This document shows positions 63,813-64,000 of a stretch of DNA of 64,000 nucleotides, piece after piece. Source of the DNA: the human T2T-CHM13v2.0 reference genome, Homo sapiens; NCBI RefSeq assembly GCF_009914755.1, contig NC_060944.1, one strand, 5' to 3'. The translations under genes and the position numbers were made by a program. Below the pieces are notes generated by a model. The model was given only the letters and a program-made list of their open reading frames with translations, was not told where the DNA came from and did not search any database. Within the stretch, counting starts at the first letter, position 1, and the number at the start of each line of letters is the position of its first letter.

Positions 63813-64000
63813 TTTTAGAGACAACGATGTCCACAGCTCATGATGGCAGTACACGTATAACATTTCGTTTCTGTGTATACATCTGTACATCATGTTTTTG
63901 GGTATCATCCTAATAAATTTAAAAGTCTCTGTTTATCAAATTATAATAAAATTTGATATGATAATTTCTTCTGTCTGTTAACAAAGTCAAAATTTGTCTT

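Overview
Primate nuclear DNA, probably human or another catarrhine: it carries AluY/AluS/AluJ, THE1, L1PA/L1PB and MER20. The window is AT-rich and non-coding (intergenic or deep intronic). I can support no protein-coding exon, rRNA, tRNA, CRISPR array or CpG island. The listed ORFs are chance frames in repeats or broken L1 ORF1/ORF2 remnants. Roughly half the window is recognisable transposon sequence. Main elements: a complete THE1 provirus with CATAT TSDs (8694-10994), a nested Tigger-MITE pile inside an old L1MC, two near full-length L1s pointing away from each other (L1PB-type 37216-43946 minus, L1MA3-type 47631-55656 plus), an ERV1 solo LTR, six Alus and many MLT1/MIR/L2/L3 relics. The most interesting signals are repair and retrotransposition scars. 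(i) A cluster at 57.4-61.9 kb has a 36-bp fold-back hairpin with a third arm copy, a 44-bp templated insertion in an L1 3'UTR and a 133-bp near-identical dispersed duplication. (ii) An old L1 at 2.0-2.8 kb has a twin-priming 5' inversion plus an apparent 3' transduction between TSDs. (iii) A two-part self-templated insert sits inside the L1MA3. I found no evidence for a new gene-encoded system. Family names come from recalled consensus sequences, not a database search. Identities were counted by eye, and boundaries of old repeats are approximate.
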